Shown: positions 8,337 through 17,701 of the stretch, piece after piece
Position numbering within the stretch: position 1 is the stretch's first letter
How the letters are laid out: every line of letters begins with the position of its first letter
Origin: a bacterium
GTDB lineage: Bacteria; UBA8248
Direction of reading: 5' to 3'
Assembly (NCBI GenBank): GCA_963692865.2
Contig: OY843592.1
Coordinates: 3,328,001-3,392,000, forward strand
DNA length: 64,000 nucleotides
Made by a program: the position numbers and the translations under genes
Notes under the pieces: generated by a model
Database searches by the model: none
Told to the model about the DNA's origin: nothing
The model's input: the letters and a program-made list of their open reading frames with translations, nothing else

Positions 8337-9365
8337 TTATATTTCGCGATATTCGGTGGCGACGGCGAACCCCTTGTTGCCCACCTCGAACGGCCCGCTG
8401 CACCTGCTGAAGAAGAGCACGCCATCGGCCGGACTGCGGAGCTCCTCCACCACTTCGAGACTGTACGGGTCCAGCATTTCCCCCAGAAGCTCACCTTCGC
8501 TCACCTTCGCGCCCAGGTCCGCGAAGTGCGTTTTGCGCGAGATGAGGTATCCCCCGTTCGACGGGTTGGCCTCGGCGCGGTGGGCGAAATCGAAATAGGT
8601 GACCCTCAATCTCTTCTCCTCTCCCGGCAGCATCCCGAGGTGAACGAGGAGGTTCAAAAAACCTTTCTCCATGTCAGCGCGGTAGAGGTTCTCCTCGCAT
8701 TCGGGCAGATAAGCGCCGCCTATCTCCACGCTCACGGCGGGTATCCCCTGCGTGAGCGCATGGCCCGAAGCGCTCGATTTGCTGAAAGGCACGCCATGCA
8801 CCAAGCCTGCGCCCCCGCTCGCGAAGGCGATAGCCATCCCGCGCGATTTCTCGCCGACCGCGCCATCTATGCCCGGGTCCGTATCGACGCGCCTCTGGAT
8901 TCTCCCGGCCGCGCCGCCCGAGTGGAACTCCACGAGATAATCCGCGCGCTCGATCAGGGTTTCACGAATCTTGTGCGCATAGCGCTGCGTGAGCGTCCCC
9001 CTGGCGGAGCCCGGAAACGCGCCCCAGAGGTTCGTCTGCTCGTGCTGATCCGGGGATTGACGCGAGAAATTCGAAAAGGCGAAAGGATTCGCCACCGGAA
9101 CGAGAAGAAGAGCGCCGCTCAACTGCGCGCGGTCGATTTGCGCCAGGACGTTCTGAAACGCGCGAATCGGCTGCGGCTCGTCCCCGTGGACGCATGCGAG
9201 AACGGAGAGGGTGGGGCCGGCCTTCGCCCCTCTCACGCAGTGAAGGGGCAGACCCGTCTCGGCGCCGGTGAGCATCCGCGCCACCGGAATTCTCATGTAT
9301 TCATACGCGCCGGGGGCTACTCCCAAGCCCCCGATTTCCCGGACGTCCGCTCCGCTCACGCTCAA
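8337..9365 (-). CDS. Succinylglutamate desuccinylase/aspartoacylase-family (M14) protein
   Basis: VHGDE, VPVANP, EFHSG, VEIGG, C-terminal GELLG...SPADG domain. Confidence 0.85.
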   Translation of the reverse strand: MSVSGADVREIGGLGVAPGAYEYMRIPVARMLTGAETGLPLHCVRGAKAGPTLSVLACVHGDEPQPIRAFQNVLAQIDRAQLSGALLLVPVANPFAFSNFSRQSPDQHEQTNLWGAFPGSARGTLTQRYAHKIRETLIERADYLVEFHSGGAAGRIQRRVDTDPGIDGAVGEKSRGMAIAFASGGAGLVHGVPFSKSSASGHALTQGIPAVSVEIGGAYLPECEENLYRADMEKGFLNLLVHLGMLPGEEKRLRVTYFDFAHRAEANPSNGGYLISRKTHFADLGAKVSEGELLGEMLDPYSLEVVEELRSPADGVLFFSRCSGPFEVGNKGFAVATEYREI

Positions 9366-10363
9366 TGCCCCCTGATCTCCGAAACCTCGACCACGCGCCC
9401 GCTCTTCGCACTCTCGACGATCGACTCCAGAACGGCCACGACTTCACGCGCCGCTCTTCCGTCCGTTTCGGGCGCGGCCTCGCCCCGGATGCACTTGCCG
9501 AATTCCTGTATTTCTTCGGCGAGCGCATCGCCGCCGTCCACGGAAAGCTCGCTCCTTTGGGTTTCGTCTTTTTTCTGGAGATAGAGCCGCTCTCCCTCGT
9601 CCTCGCTCCATGCGGAGGCTTCGGTGCCGTGGGCCGATGTCGTGCATTGCTTGGGCGTGACGTAGCAGGTGGTGATGTAGCCGAGCGGGCCGCTTTCGTA
9701 TTCGAGGACGATGTTCGTCACGTCATCGAGGTTGCCCGCGGCGTACAGTTGCTTGCTGAACGCGCTCACCCGCTTCACAGGGCCGGCCAGGTACTGGAGG
9801 TTGTCCACCATGTGGACGCCGAGTCCCGTCATTCCCCCCGCCGGGCATTCCGCCGGGTCGTTTCGCCAGCCGCTTCTCGGGTTCTGGCCGTTGGGGTTGG
9901 AGAGGTTCGCCTCCAGGGCGTGGATCATCCCGAGTGCGCCCTCGTCTATCATCCCGCGAATCTTTCGGTTCGCGCCCTGCCGCCTCCTGTGGTGTCCGAT
10001 AAGGAGCGTGACGCCCGCCTTTTCCGTAGCTTCGATGCACTTGTCCGCATCCGCCACCGTCAGGGTGAGCGGTTTTTCGACGAAGACGTGCTTGCCGGCC
10101 GATGCGGCCTGCGTGATCAAGTCCGTATGCGTGGAATGGGGCGTGGCGATGAGAATCCCCTCCACCTCGCTGTCCTTCAGCACTTCATCGTAAGACGCCG
10201 CCGGGCGGCACCCGAATTTCTCCGCAAACTCCTCGCGCGCCGATTCGGTTCTCGTGAAACACCGGGTAATCTCCACGTTTCCCGCCCTTTTCGCGGCGTT
10301 CGCCAGGGTGGTTCCCCAGTTGGCCAGGCCGATGGACGCCAACCGAACCTTTTCATCCGCCAT
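9362..10363 (-). CDS. Gfo/Idh/MocA-family oxidoreductase
   Basis: ILIATPHSTH, AGKHVFVEKP, GHHRR, GVHMVD. Confidence 0.9.
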   Translation of the reverse strand: MADEKVRLASIGLANWGTTLANAAKRAGNVEITRCFTRTESAREEFAEKFGCRPAASYDEVLKDSEVEGILIATPHSTHTDLITQAASAGKHVFVEKPLTLTVADADKCIEATEKAGVTLLIGHHRRRQGANRKIRGMIDEGALGMIHALEANLSNPNGQNPRSGWRNDPAECPAGGMTGLGVHMVDNLQYLAGPVKRVSAFSKQLYAAGNLDDVTNIVLEYESGPLGYITTCYVTPKQCTTSAHGTEASAWSEDEGERLYLQKKDETQRSELSVDGGDALAEEIQEFGKCIRGEAAPETDGRAAREVVAVLESIVESAKSGRVVEVSEIRGH

Positions 10364-10597
10364 AACAACCCCCATTCAGTTAGATGTATGCCGTGCAAAA
10401 TCCTCGTTTACACTCATCGCCAATGAAATGCTGGAGAGCGCCTCTTTTTTTTTGTCGAACATAAATTGTCAGATGCGACGGGAAAGGGTAACATTCGCGC
10501 CTTGGGTTCAACAAACCTGATAACAAAATTTTTCGAATCGTGGTGATTCACCAAAATTTCGGTACGGGTAATTTCGTCAAAATAAGGAGTTCATCGG

Positions 10598-11425
10598 ATG
10601 CCGTTTCATCGTTTCGAAGGAATAGAAAAAAAGGCCCTCTCACCCCACCTCTCCTCCGGCCAGGGCGCCATCGTGGAGGGGGAATACATGTATTTCTGCC
10701 GGGTCAGCAAGGTGGCCGGCACGGGTTCCCAGATACATTACCACCCCAACGAACTCATGATTTTCCCGGTCAGCGGGAAAATCAATGCGCTCGTCGGACA
10801 GGACAGGCGGGTCGTCACGCCGGGCACCTTCGTTCACGTGCCCGCTTTCGCCCAGCACCAGATGATCGCCACCGAGGACGGCGACATGGAATATCTCTAC
10901 GTGAAGGACCGCTCCTGGACGGTCGTGGGCCTCGATAGAGACCAGGTCGTGCCGGACAAGGCGCCCAGCGTCGATGAGATCAACGAAATGTACGAGGACG
11001 GCTCCACCGAAAGCTTCGAAAAAGACGCCGCCAAGGCGCAAATCATCGTCGAGGGCCTGAACAACTCCTATTACCCGATACTCCCCTCCCTGGACGCTCC
11101 CGCATGCTCGGGACGCCATACCGTGTGGATCGAGGGCGAGCGCCTCGCGTTCGGGTATGGCGAGATCCCCGAGGGTTTCGAGGATCAGACCACCGAGAAC
11201 GCGCACGAACAATTCGTCTACGTCATCAAGGGAATCATCGACGCCCAGGTGGACGACGAGCGGCAACAGGCGGGTCCCGGCTCCATCATCCACGTCCCGA
11301 AGGGATCGAAGCGGAGCCTCTCCACGCAGAGCGGCCAGCACGCGCGCTACGCGTCGGTGCGGGCCATGCCGAAGCTAGAGGAGATGTTGAGGGAAAAAGC
11401 GGCGGCCGCGGCGGCGGAAAACTAG
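10598..11425 (+). CDS. Bicupin (two tandem cupin domains)
   Basis: Domain 1 HYHPNE...HVPAFAQH; domain 2 ENAHEQFVY...GSIIHVPKGSKR; homologous to 7836-8270. Confidence 0.8.
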   Translation: MPFHRFEGIEKKALSPHLSSGQGAIVEGEYMYFCRVSKVAGTGSQIHYHPNELMIFPVSGKINALVGQDRRVVTPGTFVHVPAFAQHQMIATEDGDMEYLYVKDRSWTVVGLDRDQVVPDKAPSVDEINEMYEDGSTESFEKDAAKAQIIVEGLNNSYYPILPSLDAPACSGRHTVWIEGERLAFGYGEIPEGFEDQTTENAHEQFVYVIKGIIDAQVDDERQQAGPGSIIHVPKGSKRSLSTQSGQHARYASVRAMPKLEEMLREKAAAAAAEN

Positions 11426-11442
11426 GGCGGGGCGAATCGCGC

Positions 11443-11841
11443 ATGGCGAAACACCTGGTGTGCAAGATATCGGAACTGCCCCCCGGCGCGCGGAAGATAG
11501 TCGATGTCGAAGGCCGCTCCATCGGCGTGTTCAACATCAAGAATTCCCTGTATGCGGTCAGGAATTCCTGCCCGCACCAGGGCGCGCCGCTTTGTCTCGG
11601 CAAGGTCAAGGGGACGATGAAGTCCTCCAGGCCGCATTCGTATGAATACGTGATGGACGAGCAGGTTCTCGTGTGCCCCTGGCATTGCTGGGAATTCGAC
11701 ATCACGAACGGGCGCTCCGTATTCAACCCCCACAGGATGCGCGTCAAGACCTACGAGGTCACGCTCGAGGCGGAAGAAGACCCCTCCATCGAGACGTATG
11801 AGGTAACGCTCGAAAAAGACCTGGTGATGCTGCACGTGTGA
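11443..11841 (+). CDS. Rieske [2Fe-2S] ferredoxin
   Basis: CPHQG and CPWH ligand motifs; start MAKHLVC at 11443. Confidence 0.9.
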   Translation: MAKHLVCKISELPPGARKIVDVEGRSIGVFNIKNSLYAVRNSCPHQGAPLCLGKVKGTMKSSRPHSYEYVMDEQVLVCPWHCWEFDITNGRSVFNPHRMRVKTYEVTLEAEEDPSIETYEVTLEKDLVMLHV

Positions 11842-11869
11842 TTCCCCGCCACAGGAGCCGAGAGAACGA

Positions 11870-12967
11870 ATGAGAAAAATCGAGAGAATAGAACTCTTCC
11901 CCGTCGCCATTCCGCTCAACCATCCCTACAAGAGCGCCACGCGCACCGCGACGCATTCCGAGGACATCGTCGTCAAAATCACCTGCGAGGGCGTTTCCGG
12001 CTGGGGTGGCGCGCCGCTTCGCTCGTTTCCGACCGGGGAGACGCTGAAGAGCGCGTACCAGATTCTCGATGAATACCTGGTTCCCGCGGTCGCCGATTGC
12101 AATCCCTTCGACAGGGAACTCATCGTCCACAAGATGGAAAAGGCCATCCCCTTCCATTACTCGCCGAAAGCGGCGGTCGACTGCGCGGTGCACGATCTTA
12201 TCGGACGCATGCTGGATTGCCCGGTCTACGATCTGCTGGGCGGAAAAATCAGGGACGAGATGCCCGCCTTCGACATCCTGCCCTTGGAATCGCCCGAACG
12301 AACCGCCGAACTCGCGGCGGAATCCATGGCCCTGGGAATCACCTCGTTCAAGGTGAAGATGAACCGCGACACGAAGACGAGCGTCGCCCGCGTGGCGGCG
12401 GCCCGGGAGGCGGCCGGGGATGCGGCGCACATCGTCGTCGACGCGAACATGAGCTGGACGCCCAAGCTCGCCGTGCAGATGTGCGCGCGCATCGAGGAGT
12501 ACGGCATCACCATGCTGGAGCAGCCCGTGCCCGGCAACGACCTCGACGGTCTGGAGTTCGTCACCAGGAACACGCGCATCCCCATCTGCGCGGACGAATC
12601 GTTCCGGCCCGACTATCTGGCCCGGATCGCCCGCAGGCGCGCCGCCGACATCGTGAACCTGAAGGTGAACCGCGAGGGCGGTCTGCTCCACGCGAAAAAG
12701 GCCGCCGCCCTCATCGAGATTCACGGCATCGAGGGCATCTGCGGCAGCGTGATCCACAGCGCGCTGAACGACGCCGCCTGCGCGCACCTTTTCGCCTCGA
12801 CTCCCGCTATCGTCTACAACGAATCAGGAAAAGCTCCCGCCTGGCATGATGAGGACATCGTTACCGGCTTCGAGGCCGAAGGCGGGGTCGTCAAAGTGCC
12901 CGAAGGCCCTGGCTTGGGAGTGGAAGTGAACGAGGAGGCGGTCCAGAAATTCCGCATCGATGTTTGA
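11870..12967 (+). CDS. Enolase-superfamily enzyme, muconate-lactonizing/dipeptide-epimerase subgroup
   Basis: KxK (FKVKM), metal ligands VVDAN, LEQP, ADES, second lysine NLKV, C-terminal PEGPGLG. Confidence 0.88.
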   Translation: MRKIERIELFPVAIPLNHPYKSATRTATHSEDIVVKITCEGVSGWGGAPLRSFPTGETLKSAYQILDEYLVPAVADCNPFDRELIVHKMEKAIPFHYSPKAAVDCAVHDLIGRMLDCPVYDLLGGKIRDEMPAFDILPLESPERTAELAAESMALGITSFKVKMNRDTKTSVARVAAAREAAGDAAHIVVDANMSWTPKLAVQMCARIEEYGITMLEQPVPGNDLDGLEFVTRNTRIPICADESFRPDYLARIARRRAADIVNLKVNREGGLLHAKKAAALIEIHGIEGICGSVIHSALNDAACAHLFASTPAIVYNESGKAPAWHDEDIVTGFEAEGGVVKVPEGPGLGVEVNEEAVQKFRIDV

Positions 12968-13030
12968 TGCGGGCTGTCCTCGCCCATAGGAGCTGTTGAA
13001 AACCCTTTCCCGCTCGGTTTTCACCATCGC

Positions 13031-13166
13031 CGTCATTCCGGCGAAAGCCGGAATCCATTCTAAAGCAGAATGACAATACGCGGGCTGCTCATCTCCCCGT
13101 CATTGGCGAGAATCTGACAAAAAACAAAGGCAAGACAAATGGATTCCGGCTTTCGCCGGAATGACG
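13031..13166. repeat. Inverted pair of 29-bp REP-like palindromic units
   Basis: CGTCATTCCGGCGAAAGCCGGAATCCATT at 13031-13059 and its exact reverse complement at 13138-13166. Confidence 0.9.
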
Positions 13167-13187
13167 AACAAAATCGAACCGCCTCTT

Positions 13188-13215
13188 GTAGGGACAGGTC
13201 GCGACCTGTCCCTAC
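13188..13215. repeat. GTAG-type REP, perfect 28-bp palindrome
   Basis: GTAGGGACAGGTCGCGACCTGTCCCTAC equals its own reverse complement. Confidence 0.85.
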
Positions 13216-13294
13216 GGACCTTCCTCCCCGGTTGGTTCCATTTGCCAAATCACGGAATCAGGACTTTATCAACTGCCCTATTACGATCTCCCGC

Positions 13295-14440
13295 TCAGAG
13301 CTTGTGGCCGTAGAGTTCCTCGGCGCTTTCATGGTAGATGCGCCGCCTCATCTCGTCGGAGACTTCCTGAAAAACCTGCCGGGGGTTGTCGAAATCCCAA
13401 TGCGGATAATCAGAGGCGAACAGCAGCGTCTTCTCCGCCTTGGCCATCCTCAGAATCTGGCGGTGATCCTCGTTCGTGGGCGGCTCGGCGATGGGCTGCG
13501 TGGTCAGCCGGACGTGGTCGACGATGTATTCGCTCGGCGGACGCTCCAGCCAGGGGACTTCCGCGCGAAGTGAGCGCCATTCCTGATCGAAGCGCCACAT
13601 GATGCTCGGCAGCCAGGCGTAGCCCATCTCCTGAAAGACGACCTTGAGTTTCGGGAAACGAACGAACACGCCCTCGCACACCAGGCTGATGACCTGGGCC
13701 TGCGCGATGGTCACCGCGCCCGTGTGCACCTCGATGTAGTAGGCGGGTATTCCCGTGGGGTTCATGGGCGTGTTCACGCCCGCCGCCTCGCCCGCGCCGT
13801 GCATCCCGATAGGGAGCCCCAAGGCCTCGGCGGCTTCGTAGATGGGATAGTAGTGGCGGTTCCCCATCAGAACGTCCATCTGCGGAATCTGCACCTGAAC
13901 CACGGCGGGATGCGCGCCGACCCGCTCGATTTCCTTAGCGGCGAGCACGGGGTCTCGCGGGCCGACGTGCATGGCGAGCTTGAGGCGGGGTTCCGGCTCG
14001 CACCACTCGTGCAGCAGCCAGTCGTTGTTCGCCGCGATGAAGGCGGCCGCCATGTCGGCGTCCGGCAGCCCGCCGATGCCGAACAGGTCACCGGCGATGA
14101 GAACGCCGGCGTCGACCCCGTATTTGTCCAGATGGTGGGAGCGCAGCATGTCGAGGTCGGAACCCGGTCTCCCGCCGTCGGGCGGCAGGGCGTCGGGACG
14201 CTCGGCGCCGTGGGGGTGGTAATACCAGCGCTTGGGTATCGAAAAGACGTTTCGCGCGGTGTTCGGGTCCTTGGCGGAACTGAGCGGCGCCACGCCCATG
14301 CGCTTGCGCCACGATTCCGAGAGATACGGATGAAGCTGGTGCATACCGTTCATGCGCGGGTGGATGTCCGCGTCGATGATCTTGAGCTTCACCTCATCCG
14401 TAGTTTCTTCCACCGCAGTTTCAAGTCCCGTCTCGTTCAT
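13295..14440 (-). CDS. Amidohydrolase-2-fold protein, possible dinuclear oxygenase (AibH2/PtmU3-like)
   Basis: DADIH, PIGMH, YIEVH, VFQEMG, TTQP, FASDYPHWDFD. Confidence 0.8.
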   Translation of the reverse strand: MNETGLETAVEETTDEVKLKIIDADIHPRMNGMHQLHPYLSESWRKRMGVAPLSSAKDPNTARNVFSIPKRWYYHPHGAERPDALPPDGGRPGSDLDMLRSHHLDKYGVDAGVLIAGDLFGIGGLPDADMAAAFIAANNDWLLHEWCEPEPRLKLAMHVGPRDPVLAAKEIERVGAHPAVVQVQIPQMDVLMGNRHYYPIYEAAEALGLPIGMHGAGEAAGVNTPMNPTGIPAYYIEVHTGAVTIAQAQVISLVCEGVFVRFPKLKVVFQEMGYAWLPSIMWRFDQEWRSLRAEVPWLERPPSEYIVDHVRLTTQPIAEPPTNEDHRQILRMAKAEKTLLFASDYPHWDFDNPRQVFQEVSDEMRRRIYHESAEELYGHKL

Positions 14441-14483
14441 TTCAAGGCCCCTCTATGTCAAGAACTCGAAAACGTATGCCGTC

Positions 14484-15827
14484 CTAAAATTCGGGAAACG
14501 CCGCCCGCCAGTCCATCTCCTCCTCGAACCACCTCGCCGCCGCCAGCAGCTTTTCCTCGCCTAAACGCATCGCGCCGAACTGGATGCCCAAGGGGAGATT
14601 CATATCCCCGCGCCCCAGGGGAAGTGTAATCGCCGGCTGTCCCGAAAAAGTGAGCGGCTGCAAAAAGGCGGGCGAGCCCGTGGACTCCTCCCACGGCGGC
14701 GGCCCCGAGTCGAAACTCGGCAGGGCGAACAGATCGTAGCGCTCCATCAGATCGTCCATCTTCCGCATGAATGCGGTACGCACGCGCAACGCCTTCACGT
14801 AATGGACCGCGGGCGCCATGAATCCGATCGTCATGCTCCTGCGCACGTAAGGCGGGAGTTCGTCCTTGTGGGCATCGTACAATTCCTGGTGGCAAGCGGC
14901 GGAATCCACGCAGCGGGCGATGAAATGCGCCGCGTTTATCTCATCCATGCTCATCGGGAGCTCTATTTCGTGGACGGCGACCCCTTTCGCTCTTATCCGT
15001 TCCACCGCCCCCTCGGTCCACTCGGCGACTTCCTCGCCGGCCAGCGCGAGCAGGTGCTTGAAGTACGCGATTTTTCCGGGCTTTCGGGGCGTAACGTACG
15101 CGCTTGGCGGCGGGGCGTCCACGGCGCCGTGATCCGCGCCATCGGGGCCTGCCGCCACCGCCAGCACCCTCGCGATGTCCTCGACCGTGCGCGCGATGAT
15201 TCCCAGATGATCGAAGTTCCACGATACGTCGATGACGCCCGTCCTGGGAATGCGCCCATAGGTGGGCTTGAGACCCGGCACGCCGCAATACGCGGCGGGG
15301 CGAAGGGTGGAGCCCGTCGTCTGGCTGCCGAACGCGGCGGGAACCATGCCCGCCCCCACGGCGGCGGCCGAACCGCTGCTCGACCCGCCCGGGCTTCGCT
15401 CGACGTTCCAGGGATTGCGGGCGATGGATGGGTCCCCCTGCGCGAAGGGCGTCGTCACCGTCTTGCCGAGGGCGATTGCGCCCGCACCCCGAAGACGCGC
15501 CACGCAGGCGGCGTCCTCGGAGGCGGTTCGTCCCTCGAAGATATGCGCTCCGGCTTCGAGCTTGAGACCTCGTATGGCGAAAATATCCTTGGCGGCATAC
15601 GGCGCGCCCGCCAGAGGACCCAGTTCCTCCCCCGCGCTTCTGGCGTCGTCCACCGCCTTCGCCGCCTTGAGAGCGCCCTGCGCGTCCACCTGCACCCAGG
15701 CCTTCACCTGCTCTTCGCAAGCGTCAATGCGCGACAGCAAGGAACGCACCCACTCCTCCGACGTAAGGGCGTCCTCCTCCATCCTGCTCAAGCCCTCGCT
15801 CAAAGAGAGCCGCCAGTGCTCGCTCAT
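14484..15827 (-). CDS. Amidase-signature family amidase
   Basis: AAKDIF, PGGSSSGSAAAV, GSQTTGSTLRPA. Confidence 0.9.
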   Translation of the reverse strand: MSEHWRLSLSEGLSRMEEDALTSEEWVRSLLSRIDACEEQVKAWVQVDAQGALKAAKAVDDARSAGEELGPLAGAPYAAKDIFAIRGLKLEAGAHIFEGRTASEDAACVARLRGAGAIALGKTVTTPFAQGDPSIARNPWNVERSPGGSSSGSAAAVGAGMVPAAFGSQTTGSTLRPAAYCGVPGLKPTYGRIPRTGVIDVSWNFDHLGIIARTVEDIARVLAVAAGPDGADHGAVDAPPPSAYVTPRKPGKIAYFKHLLALAGEEVAEWTEGAVERIRAKGVAVHEIELPMSMDEINAAHFIARCVDSAACHQELYDAHKDELPPYVRRSMTIGFMAPAVHYVKALRVRTAFMRKMDDLMERYDLFALPSFDSGPPPWEESTGSPAFLQPLTFSGQPAITLPLGRGDMNLPLGIQFGAMRLGEEKLLAAARWFEEEMDWRAAFPEF

Positions 15828-16039
15828 ACCACGCCCTCATCGGCATCTTGTTCTTTCAGCTTAGGAATAAACGGCTCATTCGTAGACTCCACGGGCGTGT
15901 CGGAGAGAATCTGCATCATCCGCGCGCAGTCATCCGCCGTCCTGAGGCCCAGTTCATCCTGAGGCACGCCGAAGATGGTCAGAGCCATCTCGCCGATCCG
16001 CGCCGCCGTTTTCTCTTGAGCCTCTCGCGGTTCCGCCAT
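15824..16039 (-). CDS. Small acidic protein, possible GatC/AtzG-like amidase partner
   Basis: 71 aa; G-rich RBS; stop overlaps amidase start (ATGA); DTPVESTNEP segment. Confidence 0.55.
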   Translation of the reverse strand: MAEPREAQEKTAARIGEMALTIFGVPQDELGLRTADDCARMMQILSDTPVESTNEPFIPKLKEQDADEGVV

Positions 16040-16159
16040 CTCCCCTCCCCTCGTCACGCGAACGTTCGCCTCTTGCGCATCGCATATTGGGCATCTCGAA
16101 TGAAAAGCATCATACTATAAAGGAGCCGCCGGACTTAAGGGCGGTGAAGGGGAAAGCGC

Positions 16160-16612
16160 ATGAAAATCTGGGTGGATGCGGACGCATGTCCGCAAGAGGT
16201 CAAGGAAATTCTCTACAAGACCGCCGAGCGCCTCGACATACCCACCGTGCTGGTGGCGAACATGAAGCTCAGGACGCCGGACATCCCATGCGTCTCGATG
16301 ATTCAGGTTCCAGGCGGGGCGGACGTTGCCGATGAGTACATCGTCGAGAACCTGAGCGCGGGCGATTTCGTCATCACGGCGGACGTTCCCTTCGCGGCGA
16401 AGGCGGTGGAGAAAGGCGCGCTGGCCATCGACCCGCGTGGCGAGGTCTACACCGAGGAAAACGTGGGCGAGCGGCTGTCTTTAAGAAACTTCATGATGGA
16501 GATGCGCTCGGGCGGCCTCGTCCAGGGCGGCCCGCCGCCCATGGCCACTGCGGATCGCAAAAAATTCGCTGCGGCCTTAGACCGCGAGTTGACGAAAAAA
16601 AGAAACGCCTAG
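16160..16612 (+). CDS. YaiI/YqxD-family (UPF0178) protein
   Basis: MKIWVDADACP, DFVITADVPFA, DPRGEVYT, LSLRNFM, GGPPP. Confidence 0.92.
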   Translation: MKIWVDADACPQEVKEILYKTAERLDIPTVLVANMKLRTPDIPCVSMIQVPGGADVADEYIVENLSAGDFVITADVPFAAKAVEKGALAIDPRGEVYTEENVGERLSLRNFMMEMRSGGLVQGGPPPMATADRKKFAAALDRELTKKRNA

Positions 16613-17595
16613 GCGTTCACGTCCACGACCACGCGGCCACGCACCCGCCCTTTCAGGATATCGCCGCCCAGACCGGGCAGATCGGACAGCGCCGCTTCGG
16701 TGATCATGGATTCGAGTTTCTCCTGCGGCATCTCCTCCGCGAGCCGCGCCCACGCCTTCTTGCGAGGCTCATGGGGGCACATGACGGAATCGATGCCCAG
16801 CAGATTCACGCCCCGCAGGAGAAAAGGAATCACCGTCGTCTCTAGCGCGCTCCCGCCGGCCAGACCCACCGCCGCCACCGAGCTTCGGTGTTTCATCTGC
16901 GTGAGCAGGCGCGCAAGCGTCGTGCCGCCCACCGAGTCGATGCACCCCGCCCAGCGCTCGCTATCGAGCGGCCGCTTGGTGGGCTCGGCCAGTTCGCTGC
17001 GGGCGATGATATTCGAAGCGCCGAGTGAGCCGAGATACTCGTGGGTCTCCTCCCTTCCCGTCGACGCGGCGACGGAATAACCCAGGTTCGCGAGAACGGC
17101 CACGGCGACGGAACCTACTCCACCGGCGGCGCCCGTGACGAGCACTTCCCCGTCATCCACGCCCATGTCGTGGTCTTCCAGCGCCTGAACGGAGAGCATG
17201 GCCGTGAAGCCGGCCGTGCCGAGCGCCATCGCCTGTCTCGTGGAGAGAGTTGATGGCAGATGCACCAGCCAGTCCCCCTTCACGCGCGCCTTTTGGGAAT
17301 ATCCCCCCCAGTGCGCCTCGCCGACCCGCCAGCCGGTGAGAATCACCTTGTCGCCTGCGCGGTAATCGGGGTGCGCGCTTTCCTCCACCGTGCCCGAGAA
17401 ATCGATGCCTCCGATGTGGGGATAATTCCGCACCAGCCGCCCGATGCCGCCCAGGATCATCCCGTCCTTGTAGTTGAGCGTCGAATAATCGATCGCAACC
17501 GTCACGTCGCCATCCGGCAGGCTCGCCTCCTCAAGCTCCTGAATCGACGGGCTGACTTTCCCGTCCGCTTCTTCTAAAACCAGAGCACGAAACAT
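16609..17595 (-). CDS. acuI: Acrylyl-CoA reductase, AcuI/YhdH family
   Basis: YSTLNYKD, VILTGWRVGEAHWGGY, GTAGFTA, TGAAGGVG, PFLLRGVNLLGIDSV. Confidence 0.85.
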   Translation of the reverse strand: MFRALVLEEADGKVSPSIQELEEASLPDGDVTVAIDYSTLNYKDGMILGGIGRLVRNYPHIGGIDFSGTVEESAHPDYRAGDKVILTGWRVGEAHWGGYSQKARVKGDWLVHLPSTLSTRQAMALGTAGFTAMLSVQALEDHDMGVDDGEVLVTGAAGGVGSVAVAVLANLGYSVAASTGREETHEYLGSLGASNIIARSELAEPTKRPLDSERWAGCIDSVGGTTLARLLTQMKHRSSVAAVGLAGGSALETTVIPFLLRGVNLLGIDSVMCPHEPRKKAWARLAEEMPQEKLESMITEAALSDLPGLGGDILKGRVRGRVVVDVNA

Positions 17596-17701
17596 AGCGC
17601 ATCATCTCCATATGGTTAGTTTTGGGGGAATCACTTCCTTGACTAAGCATAATATTTAATATACGAACCCCCACAAAAATCACAAGAGAGTTAGTCAATG
17701 A

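Noticed and set aside
7404-9584. 726-aa plus-strand ORF and similar long ORFs (6014-7975, 19422-21098, 31633-33606, 50820-52451, 56001-58007)
   Set aside because: Antisense or off-frame shadows of recognisable genes, expected in high-GC DNA; no motifs
12987-13280. CRISPR array, or small ORFs over the repeats
   Set aside because: Repeats are inverted, not direct with spacers; no cas genes; the ORFs are translations of the palindromes
14484-16039. gatC-gatA of the tRNA amidotransferase
   Set aside because: No gatB; the amidase has GSQTTGS and GKTVTT rather than GatA-type GSDTGGS and GKTNMDEF
7836-17595. DMSP lyase (cupin) plus AcuI pathway
   Set aside because: AcuI is several genes away in another unit, and the cupins show only generic motifs; cannot be assigned to DddQ/W/K by eye
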